Source of the DNA: Pseudomonas phage RWG
Length of the DNA stretch: 64,000 nucleotides
Direction: 5' to 3' (one strand)
Sequence record: KM411958.1
Part shown: positions 7,705-15,158 of the stretch, piece after piece
Position numbering within the stretch: the first letter of the stretch is position 1
How the letters are laid out: every line of letters starts with the position of its first letter
The notes under the pieces: model-generated
What the model was told of the DNA's origin: nothing
Databases searched by the model: none
The model's input: only the letters and a program-made list of their open reading frames with translations
Program-made: the position numbers and the translations under genes

Positions 7705-8946
7705 ATGACCCCTTATACCGCTTTCGAATACCTTCTGATCGACGCTGCAAACCAAATGGGCCATGACAAGTGGCTCTTCGAACAGCGCATCCAATGGTGC
7801 TACGACAACTTCGACAACCTGGAGAATCTGGAGTGCAACGAGAAGACTCGTCCGCAGTACCTCAAGGCTGTCATGGCCATCCGTGCTGCTCAGCGTGGTG
7901 AGCCTGTTGGCCACCTCGTAGGGCTGGATGCTTGCTGCTCGGGCATGCAGATCATGTCCGCCCTGGGTGGCTGTGAGTCTGGTGCCCAAGCCACCAACCT
8001 CATCAACACTGGCTTCCGTCAGGATGCGTACAGCCTAGTCACCACTGCTGCCTCCACCCACCTGGGTGAGTCGGTAGGCGAGATCAAGCGGTCGGACATC
8101 AAGACTGCAACCATGACCCACTTCTACGGCTCGAAGGCTGAGCCGAAGAACTTGTTCGGTGAGGACACCCCTGAACTGGAAGCCTTCTACCAGGGCGTAG
8201 AGATGGTTGCCCCCATCGCCAATGAGATGCGGGATGACCTGATCAACACTTGGCAGCCCTATGCCATGAAGCACTCCTGGGTGCTGCCGGACAACTTCCA
8301 CTCCATCGTCAAGTCGGTAGACGTGTTCGAGACTCGGGTGGAAGTGGACGAGATGGAAGGGGCAAGCTTCGAGTACATCTACAAGCAGGACTGCGGTGTA
8401 GAGCGTGCGGTGAAGAATGCTGCCAACGTCATCCACTCCATCGATGCCTACGTGCTGCGTTCCATGCACCGTCGTTGCAACTACGACCGTGAAGCCATCA
8501 CCAAGGTAATGCAGTTGGTTTGGGGCGAACTGATGGATCGTCACTCTGGCAAGTGCGAAGCAGAGGTAGCCAGAGACCACAACCTGGCCATCTACGAAGA
8601 CCTGTACGACCGTACCAACATGGTCGATGCAGTGATCTTCAACCACATCAATGCCACCAACGTGCGTCAGCTGGAGACTGACCACCTGGAAGCCCTGTGT
8701 GAACTATGGGATACCATGCGTGTGCATGAACCCTTCGAACTGGTCACCGTGCACGATGAGTTCAAGTGCCACCCGAACTTCTGCAACGAGATGCGTCAGC
8801 ACTACATCAACATCTTCGCCGAACTGGCCGACAGCAACATACTCGACGATATCGTTCACCAGATCACTGGAAGCCATGTCAGCTACGACCGCTCCATCCA
8901 CAATCTGTCTGAACTGATCCGTGATAGCGAGTATGCGCTGTCTTGA
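7705..8946 (+). CDS. phage RNA polymerase II large subunit (C-terminal catalytic half of a T7-like RNAP; N4 gp16-like)
   Basis: DACCSGMQIMSAL matches T7 RNAP motif A DGSCSGIQHFSAM. HDEF matches motif C HDSF. 413 aa. Confidence 0.8.
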   Translation: MTPYTAFEYLLIDAANQMGHDKWLFEQRIQWCYDNFDNLENLECNEKTRPQYLKAVMAIRAAQRGEPVGHLVGLDACCSGMQIMSALGGCESGAQATNLINTGFRQDAYSLVTTAASTHLGESVGEIKRSDIKTATMTHFYGSKAEPKNLFGEDTPELEAFYQGVEMVAPIANEMRDDLINTWQPYAMKHSWVLPDNFHSIVKSVDVFETRVEVDEMEGASFEYIYKQDCGVERAVKNAANVIHSIDAYVLRSMHRRCNYDREAITKVMQLVWGELMDRHSGKCEAEVARDHNLAIYEDLYDRTNMVDAVIFNHINATNVRQLETDHLEALCELWDTMRVHEPFELVTVHDEFKCHPNFCNEMRQHYINIFAELADSNILDDIVHQITGSHVSYDRSIHNLSELIRDSEYALS

Positions 8947-8992
8947 GGTGAGTGGGCGTCTTCCAGACGCTCCATGAACCCGAATTTGCCTG

Positions 8993-9027
8993 ATCCCAGA
9001 AATGGGATCGGGCGCTTATTTTTTTGA
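8993..9027 (+). terminator. rho-independent terminator
   Basis: GATCCCA-GAAA-TGGGATC hairpin followed by GGGCGCTTATTTTTTT. Confidence 0.5.
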
Positions 9028-9043
9028 GGGGAGCTTAGAAACC

Positions 9044-9196
9044 ATGAGGAAACACAGACTATGCAAGTACTGTGGTCAGCCAATAGTGCTGGTCCCCAGT
9101 GCAGAAGAGAGGGCTAAGAAGTACGGAGAGTCTCCCAAATTCTACCTCAATCTCTTCTATGCCCATGGTGAGTGCATTGTGAAGAACAGAGGTTGA
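9044..9196 (+). CDS. small zinc-ribbon-like protein (50 aa; CxxC...HGEC)
   Basis: ATG at 9044 inside ORF 9002..9196. Contains CKYCGQP and YAHGEC. Confidence 0.4.
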   Translation: MRKHRLCKYCGQPIVLVPSAEERAKKYGESPKFYLNLFYAHGECIVKNRG

Positions 9197-9217
9197 GCGT
9201 ACTCCGTACGCTTTTTG
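9196..9217 (+). terminator. conserved hairpin AGCGTAC-TCC-GTACGCT plus T5 (copy 1)
   Basis: Immediately follows the stop at 9196. 7-bp stem, 3-nt loop, then TTTTT. A 17-nt identical copy lies at 11996. Confidence 0.55.
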
Positions 9218-9268
9218 CATTTTCGCTGGTTTTCGGCGAGATCATCAACAGATAGAAGGAGTAACACC

Positions 9269-9493
9269 ATGCGTAAGTCTTACCTGAAATTCCTGGATAC
9301 CATGGCTTGGATCGTGGCAGTCCTCGTCTTCGTAGTCGTGGCAGTCGCCGCCCTGACAGTCTACAACGGCCTCGTGGCTCTGCTGGTAATGCTGGGCGCT
9401 GCTGTAGGCATCGGCATGACCTTCGGGTTCTGGTTCCTGGGTTACGGCATCTACGAGGAACTCCAGAAGCTCAACGCCCGCACCAAGGTGTAA
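9269..9493 (+). CDS. small membrane protein (74 aa)
   Basis: ATG at 9269 with AAGGAG upstream. Two TM helices. Confidence 0.45.
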   Translation: MRKSYLKFLDTMAWIVAVLVFVVVAVAALTVYNGLVALLVMLGAAVGIGMTFGFWFLGYGIYEELQKLNARTKV

Positions 9494-9496
9494 GCC

Positions 9497-10123
9497 ATGC
9501 AGGTCCGTAACTTCACCTACGAGGACGGAGGGTGGGTGCTGGATGGCATGGACACCTTTGATCCTGGCGATTCTCTGACAGTTATCCATGACTCGTTCGA
9601 GCACATCGACAGCACCGAGGGCCTTGAAGCTGAGTTGCGGGCCTTCGGTGCCATGTGGTGGCTCCGTGGTGAGACAGACTGGTGGTGCCGTTTTCCTAGG
9701 ATGGACCCTCGTCCTGAGCAGGTGATGTACTACGACATCGCCACATTCATCAGGGAGAACGACTTCCTCATCGACAACGTAGGAAAGCGGTTCAAGCTGG
9801 GCGTGGACGAAGAGAGCTTCCTCGACGTGCTACGCAAGCTTGTCGAAGATGCCCTGGAGAGAGACAGTCAGTACCTCGACAAACCAGTGGCAAGGAAGGT
9901 GATCCAAGAAGCGGCAAGCACCGCTATGGATTGGCTTCGTGTTGGGTACAGGGCAGCCCGTAGAAAATACCCTAACAACTTCGCAGTTGCTGACCTCATG
10001 TACGACATCTATTGCCGTGTCTACGCACTGAACTTCAGGGCGTTGGAAGGCAGCATGCTGCAACTCAAATACACCCTCAGCGGCAAGTTAGTTGAGATCA
10101 GTTTAGATGGAGAACCCGTATGA
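9497..10123 (+). CDS. hypothetical protein (208 aa)
   Basis: ORF track. Tight spacing with neighbours. Confidence 0.5.
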   Translation: MQVRNFTYEDGGWVLDGMDTFDPGDSLTVIHDSFEHIDSTEGLEAELRAFGAMWWLRGETDWWCRFPRMDPRPEQVMYYDIATFIRENDFLIDNVGKRFKLGVDEESFLDVLRKLVEDALERDSQYLDKPVARKVIQEAASTAMDWLRVGYRAARRKYPNNFAVADLMYDIYCRVYALNFRALEGSMLQLKYTLSGKLVEISLDGEPV

Positions 10124-10674
10124 TCCCATTCGTTTCCCGCAAGCGTTTCGACGAAGCCCTGGCTGGTTTGACCAAGCACTACGAAGACAAGGTGCGTCGC
10201 AGGGATGAAGTCATCAATGTACAGAACAACAAGTTGCAGGCGGAACGCGAAGAGTCTAGTAACTACCGCCGACTCTACGCATATACCCAGAGTGACAATT
10301 ACCGCCTTCAGAACCAGATCAAGGATCTGAAGAAGGCCGTGGAGGCCCGCGACAAGAAGATAGCGGAACTGGCCAAGCCATTCCATGGGGAGCCGGACAA
10401 GGTTCCCGTACTCGTCGCGGAAGAGACAGTCTTCGAGCCTGTGGACACCGGTCTGGAAAAGCAACTGGCTGAAGCCAAGAAAGAGATCGAGATCCTCAAG
10501 GAAAAGGTTCGCAAGCAGCGTCGTAGCGATGCTGAACTGACCATGGACACCCTCGTGCATGCTGTCATGCGTGAGTACACCAACTTCCAACGGAGCAACA
10601 ATCCCCACCTGCTGCTCCGTTCCTGCGAGAACCTGACGAAGGCTCATCGTCGTCTGGTGAAGGGTAAACGCTGA
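10120..10674 (+). CDS. hypothetical coiled-coil protein (184 aa)
   Basis: ORF track. Start overlaps the upstream stop. Confidence 0.5.
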   Translation: MIPFVSRKRFDEALAGLTKHYEDKVRRRDEVINVQNNKLQAEREESSNYRRLYAYTQSDNYRLQNQIKDLKKAVEARDKKIAELAKPFHGEPDKVPVLVAEETVFEPVDTGLEKQLAEAKKEIEILKEKVRKQRRSDAELTMDTLVHAVMREYTNFQRSNNPHLLLRSCENLTKAHRRLVKGKR

Positions 10675-11255
10675 TGGATACGATCACATGGTTTCGTCGT
10701 GGTGAACCCATCGAAGTCCCAATCGGCCGCTGTCTGTACTTCCTGGCTGACGGCAAGCTGGTGCAGTTCATGTATCACGATGAACGGGGACTGACTCAGC
10801 TTGCACATGTCACCGGCCTTTCTGTAGGCAAGATCTACAGTGCCCTTAAAGGGAAGTTCGTGTACGTCCGTCATGGCTTCATCGTTAAGAACGAGCGGGT
10901 TGGTATCAGCCTAGGCCATGGAAAGGACTTCCGGCGTCCTGTGTGCGTTTACGTGAAGGGTTTCGAACACATACGGGGTTCGTTGACTGTCGGTGCCCAG
11001 GAACTCATCACCGCCCAGCTGCTGGGGGACCACGTGAAGCTCTGCACCAAGCAGAACATCGGCGGCACCCTGGTAATGCTTCCAGGGGAGCCGGGTGAAC
11101 GTGTCAGGAAGAAGGTTGTAATCGAAGAGATCGGTACCGCCATCCACCGCAACTGGTGTGGCAATGCCTGCTTCGAGATCGCTGTTATCGACAAGCATGG
11201 CCGCCGCTACACCGAACTGAACGACCATTTCCAACTCTACGGGGTGAACAAGTGA
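10674..11255 (+). CDS. hypothetical protein (193 aa)
   Basis: ORF track. ATGA-type overlap with the upstream gene. Confidence 0.5.
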   Translation: MDTITWFRRGEPIEVPIGRCLYFLADGKLVQFMYHDERGLTQLAHVTGLSVGKIYSALKGKFVYVRHGFIVKNERVGISLGHGKDFRRPVCVYVKGFEHIRGSLTVGAQELITAQLLGDHVKLCTKQNIGGTLVMLPGEPGERVRKKVVIEEIGTAIHRNWCGNACFEIAVIDKHGRRYTELNDHFQLYGVNK

Positions 11256-11776
11256 TGATGATGATGAGCGAAGACAAGTTCCAATACGAGATCTCTGCCA
11301 TGAAGAGCAAGATGCAGCGATTGCGTCGTCGGGTAGAAGTTCTCAACAACAAGCGAGATATCCTCCTCGAAGATATCGATGCAACCAACAAGATGGTGGA
11401 AAACCTCAGCGGTCAGGTTGAAACGCTGTTACGGGAAGCCAACAAGGTCAAGGGTCCGGTCATGCAACCGGGTCGTCTACACCAGAGCGACGTACTGCTC
11501 ACCGGCCAGAACATCCAGGGTATGATGGACTCTGGGGAAGCTGTCGCCCAATTCGAGGTGAAGAAGGGAGACGACCAGACCACCACCATCCTGAAAGATG
11601 CGGTGGTCACCCAGATGAGCAACAAGCTGGCTGAACTACTGGATGCCATCGGCTTCGGCAAGGAGCATGTTCAGAAGCATGGCCTGGACGAAACTGTCTA
11701 CGATGCGTGCTTGTACATCCAGTCCCTGAAGGGCGGCGAGGCACTGCTGAACAATCTGCGTTCGATGCTGAAGTGA
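11255..11776 (+). CDS. hypothetical coiled-coil protein (173 aa; MMMMSEDK...)
   Basis: First ATG of ORF 11156..11776 after the upstream stop (GTGATGATGATGATG). Confidence 0.45.
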   Translation: MMMMSEDKFQYEISAMKSKMQRLRRRVEVLNNKRDILLEDIDATNKMVENLSGQVETLLREANKVKGPVMQPGRLHQSDVLLTGQNIQGMMDSGEAVAQFEVKKGDDQTTTILKDAVVTQMSNKLAELLDAIGFGKEHVQKHGLDETVYDACLYIQSLKGGEALLNNLRSMLK

Positions 11777-11997
11777 TCAGCGACAAGCTCCGCAAAGAAT
11801 TCGAAGAAGAGTACCGCCACTGTGTGTGGTCCTTCGCCGGGGTAGTCATCACCCAGGAAGAACTGGCGAGTAAGCGTAGTCGTCTCGGAGACTACGCTGA
11901 CAACCCTTTGATTCATGGGTTCTTCCGAGGCTGGCTGGCAGGCCGCTTCGGTATAGAAGGGATGATGTACCTCACAGGTGAACAGGCTATTCATTAG
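11773..11997 (+). CDS. hypothetical protein (74 aa)
   Basis: GTG at 11773 overlaps the upstream stop, inside ORF 11707..11997. Weak support. Confidence 0.3.
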   Translation: MISDKLRKEFEEEYRHCVWSFAGVVITQEELASKRSRLGDYADNPLIHGFFRGWLAGRFGIEGMMYLTGEQAIH

Positions 11998-12025
11998 CGT
12001 ACTCCGTACGCTCTTGTCCTGTTTA
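11996..12025 (+). terminator. conserved hairpin AGCGTAC-TCC-GTACGCT (copy 2) followed by a T-rich tract
   Basis: Identical 17 nt to 9196..9212. Directly follows the stop codon TAG at 11995..11997. Confidence 0.5.
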
Positions 12026-12240
12026 TTCTTTCTTTCATTGGTTTAGGAGCAAGTGCCATGCATTAGCGTTGATCATTTAACTAACTCCCTGCGCATAGCG
12101 TCGCATAAGGCGAGACAGTCTAAGTGGACTATTAGTACATAAAGAGAATGCCGAGTTTCCAAACTGCACAGGATGCAGTCCCTGAGTAACTGTCGGCATT
12201 CTACTGTGTGTATTAAACCAAGAATTAAATAGGAGAAGCT

Positions 12241-12426
12241 ATGCAGTTCAGCGATCTCAGTCCGGTGGAACAAGCACTCTACCCAACCCACAGTTCCTTA
12301 AAAGAAGCCCTCGAAGAGGCAAGGCATCTGCTTCCCGAGGGCAGTCATCATGACTTCATGCGAGCCATGATGGGTTACCACAACACCCTACTCCTATTCG
12401 TAGGGGAATGGACTCCATCCACCTAG
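12241..12426 (+). CDS. hypothetical protein (61 aa)
   Basis: ORF track. AGGAGAAGCT precedes the ATG. Confidence 0.35.
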   Translation: MQFSDLSPVEQALYPTHSSLKEALEEARHLLPEGSHHDFMRAMMGYHNTLLLFVGEWTPST

Positions 12427-12453
12427 TAGTTTAAGTCTACAGGAGACTACTCA

Positions 12454-13287
12454 GTGTCCCAAGCCAATAAGAAAACTATCGAGCGGATTGGTAAGATCCT
12501 GCTCATCTTCAAAGCGTCCGAAGGGGAGATCCGTCCCCACTTCTGGCTGACCGGCCCTTCTGGTTCGGGCAAGTCCTTCAACATCATGGACCAGTGCAAT
12601 CGCCTGGACATCATGCTGCCTATGACCGAGGTTAACTGTGCCTCGCTGACCAAGGAAGGCTACTCCGGCCTCAGCTTGAGCAAGGCACTGGCCCCTCTGG
12701 CTACCCTCAGTAACGTCCCCAACGTGGTCTTCTGCGACGAGATGGATAAGCTGTTCCTCTCTGGCAATTCCAACGACAGCCACGCCAACGAGATCAGCAT
12801 CGGCGTCCAGAACGAGTTCCTGCGAGTGCTGGAAGGTAGTACTACTCAGACCTTCGGCGACTACGGCAAGTACAACACCGTCAGCGTCGAGCGTTCCCTG
12901 TTCATCTTCGCCGGTGCCTTCAATGGCCAGGAGAACATGGACGCCACCGAACTGCTGAAGTGCGGCGTCAAGACCGAGTTCATCGGTCGCACTGGCTTGG
13001 TCTACAACCTGGAGAAACCGACCATGGAAGCCTTGGTCCAGTACCTCAAGGAATCGGAACTGTGGGCGAACTACCGCTCGCTGTTCCCGAAAGAAGACCA
13101 CAAGAAAGCCGAGAAATGGCTGATCAAGGAGATCGGACGCCAGTATCCCGATAGCAACATCGGGGTGCGGTTGATCAACACCTTGATCCACCAGTACTAC
13201 ATCAACGCCGGCGAAGACTCCAAGCCTCAAGCAGGCAAGAAGGAATTCGCCCGAACCCTCGACTTCAGCACTGGGAGGCTGAAATGA
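12454..13287 (+). CDS. ClpX/HslU-family AAA+ ATPase lacking the zinc-binding domain and IGF loop
   Basis: TGPSGSGKS (Walker A), TKEGYSGLSL (compare ClpX TEAGYVGEDV), VVFCDEMDKLF...ISIGVQNEFLRVLEGS (compare IVYIDEIDKI...SGEGVQQALLKLIEGT), LFIFAGAF (compare ILFICGGAF) and TEFIGR (compare PEFIGR). GTG start with AGGAGA 7 nt upstream. Confidence 0.7.
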   Translation: MSQANKKTIERIGKILLIFKASEGEIRPHFWLTGPSGSGKSFNIMDQCNRLDIMLPMTEVNCASLTKEGYSGLSLSKALAPLATLSNVPNVVFCDEMDKLFLSGNSNDSHANEISIGVQNEFLRVLEGSTTQTFGDYGKYNTVSVERSLFIFAGAFNGQENMDATELLKCGVKTEFIGRTGLVYNLEKPTMEALVQYLKESELWANYRSLFPKEDHKKAEKWLIKEIGRQYPDSNIGVRLINTLIHQYYINAGEDSKPQAGKKEFARTLDFSTGRLK

Positions 13288-13526
13288 GCAAGTTGCAAGA
13301 ACTACCTGTACTGATCGACCGTCCTGGGAACTACGTCACTCGTGACGGTTCCCGCGTGGTGATCTTCACTGTCACCGAGCGTCCTGAAGGCTACTCCATG
13401 CTGACCTTCGACGCTCGTGGAAGCTACACCAGGGTCAACAACACCGCGAAGCCCGAATGCTGGCACATCAGCGGTCGGCTGCACGCTTTCCGGGAGCACC
13501 CGAAAGACGTAGTGGCCAAGGCTTAA
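13284..13526 (+). CDS. hypothetical protein (80 aa)
   Basis: ORF track. ATGA overlap with the upstream gene. Confidence 0.4.
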   Translation: MSKLQELPVLIDRPGNYVTRDGSRVVIFTVTERPEGYSMLTFDARGSYTRVNNTAKPECWHISGRLHAFREHPKDVVAKA

Positions 13527-13557
13527 ACCAATCAAATCAATCGTTTAGGAGTTCACC

Positions 13558-14628
13558 ATGCACTTCCCCCAGGAACAAGAAGTATCCATTTTCGATGCCA
13601 AGTTCATTGCCGAAGGTTTCCTGCGTGCCGGCCTGAAGCCGATGATCCACGGTTCGCCGGGCATCGGTAAGTCGGCAGTGGCCCGTCAGATCGCCAAGGA
13701 AAACAACCTGAAGCTGATCGACCTTCGTCTCACCCAGATGGACCCGGCTGACCTCAATGGTTTGCCGAACCTCTCCGGCAAGCGTGCCAAGTTCCAGGTA
13801 TTCGAGCAGTTCCCACTGGTCGGCGACGAGCTTCCCGTCAATCCCGAAACCAACGAACCCTTCGCTGGTTGGTTGCTGTTCCTCGACGAACTGACCAGTG
13901 CGGATGACGACCGTCAAGCGGCGGCCTACAAGCTGATCCTGGATCGCCAGATCGGCAACGAGGATCTCCATCCGAAGTGCCTGGTCATGGGTGCCGGTAA
14001 CCTCGAAACCGACGGTGCCATCGTCAACCCGATGTCATCGGCCCTCATCAGTCGTCTGCACCACATCGTGGTTCGGAATGACCTGAAGCGTTGGCTTCAA
14101 GTCGTGGCTCCCAAGCTGGACATCGCCACCAAGGTACAAGCATTCCTGGAGTTCAGTCCCCGTGCGTTCTACACCTTCGATCCGCAGAACAGCGGTCGTG
14201 TCTATGCGTGTCCTCGTACCTGGGAAGACTTCTCGAAGTGGTTCCTGAAGATGTCCCCGGAGCAAGACCCTCGTGCCCTGGACGACATGCTGAACCTCGC
14301 TGCTGCCATGGGCATCATTGGTACCGTGGCCACTGACTTCAAGGCGTTCCTGGCCTACTTCGGTCGCCTGCCGAGCCTGGAAGAGATCCTGACTTCCCCG
14401 AGCACGATCTACGTGCCGAAGGATGAGCCGGGTCTGATGTTCGCCATGTGTTCGATGCTGGCGGATAACGCCAAGGTGGACAACATCGAGAAGATCCTGA
14501 TCTTCCTCGACCGGTTCAACCCGGACCACATGGTGATCACTCTGCGTATGGCTTGCCAGCGTAACAAGAGTCTGATTCAGAACCCGCGTATTTCGGAGTG
14601 GGTGAAGAAGAACCTGAACATGTTCTAA
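13558..14628 (+). CDS. MoxR-like AAA+ ATPase
   Basis: HGSPGIGKSAVAR (Walker A) and LLFLDELTSA (Walker B). Size and context match MoxR/CbbQ-family ATPases that pair with VWA proteins. Confidence 0.7.
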   Translation: MHFPQEQEVSIFDAKFIAEGFLRAGLKPMIHGSPGIGKSAVARQIAKENNLKLIDLRLTQMDPADLNGLPNLSGKRAKFQVFEQFPLVGDELPVNPETNEPFAGWLLFLDELTSADDDRQAAAYKLILDRQIGNEDLHPKCLVMGAGNLETDGAIVNPMSSALISRLHHIVVRNDLKRWLQVVAPKLDIATKVQAFLEFSPRAFYTFDPQNSGRVYACPRTWEDFSKWFLKMSPEQDPRALDDMLNLAAAMGIIGTVATDFKAFLAYFGRLPSLEEILTSPSTIYVPKDEPGLMFAMCSMLADNAKVDNIEKILIFLDRFNPDHMVITLRMACQRNKSLIQNPRISEWVKKNLNMF

Positions 14629-14639
14629 AGGAGAATCCA

Positions 14640-15158
14640 GTGAGTGGTCGATGGGAACTTTTTATGGTTCGTCAAGAAGACCTCACAGGTCAAGCAATAG
14701 TTGACGAGTATGCAAACAGCGACTCCCCCAATCGACTACTCACTGGAGATTTCGAAGGCTGGAGAGTTAGCATCTATGAAAAAGGTATCCAGAAAGGGAT
14801 CAAGTTCGGTACTAAATCAGTACTAGAAAAACTAGCATCTGAATTTTGTCCGTACGTAGTTACCGTTAAGCCCCCAGACGGCTCATATGTAACACCTGGT
14901 CTTTATGTGGGTCACTGCCGTAATAGTGAAAGCCAATACAACCAGAGTTACTCTCGACTAGGTGGTACCGCAGCTTCAATTAATGAAGTGGTGGAGCTAA
15001 TAAGAATAACCAATCCACTAAATGGTCACTGGATTTTTGATGAAGAAGAAGTTTTCGTGGCCCAGTCTCTGGCTGTTCCTTCCTTAATACCTGAAACCCA
15101 CAATCAAGTTGAGTGGTGCAAATTCGCTAAGGCGATGGCCATCATCGGAGGTGAGTAA
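14640..15158 (+). CDS. hypothetical protein in a low-GC island (about 172 aa)
   Basis: GTG at 14640 with AAGGAGAA upstream. Estimated GC about 44% against about 58% in flanks. Sits between the MoxR ATPase and its VWA partner. Confidence 0.45.
   Translation: MSGRWELFMVRQEDLTGQAIVDEYANSDSPNRLLTGDFEGWRVSIYEKGIQKGIKFGTKSVLEKLASEFCPYVVTVKPPDGSYVTPGLYVGHCRNSESQYNQSYSRLGGTAASINEVVELIRITNPLNGHWIFDEEEVFVAQSLAVPSLIPETHNQVEWCKFAKAMAIIGGE

Noticed and set aside
9196-9217. Calling the conserved GGA/TCC-loop hairpins definitive vRNAP promoters
   Set aside because: They sit directly after stop codons and are followed by T-runs on the coding strand, which is most simply terminator behaviour. They are in the middle-gene region rather than at the genome left end. 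The promoter idea is retained only as an alternative hypothesis in findings.
12013-12240. Possible tRNA gene in the AT-rich intergenic region
   Set aside because: There is no GTTCGA/TTCRANY T-arm, no 7-bp acceptor pairing with 3' CCA context, and no cloverleaf could be drawn. The hairpin present is a simple nested stem.
12451-13230. 259-aa minus-strand ORF antisense to the ClpX-like gene
   Set aside because: The plus-strand frame has unmistakable AAA+ motifs. The antisense ORF is an Ala/Val/Gly/Leu-rich shadow.
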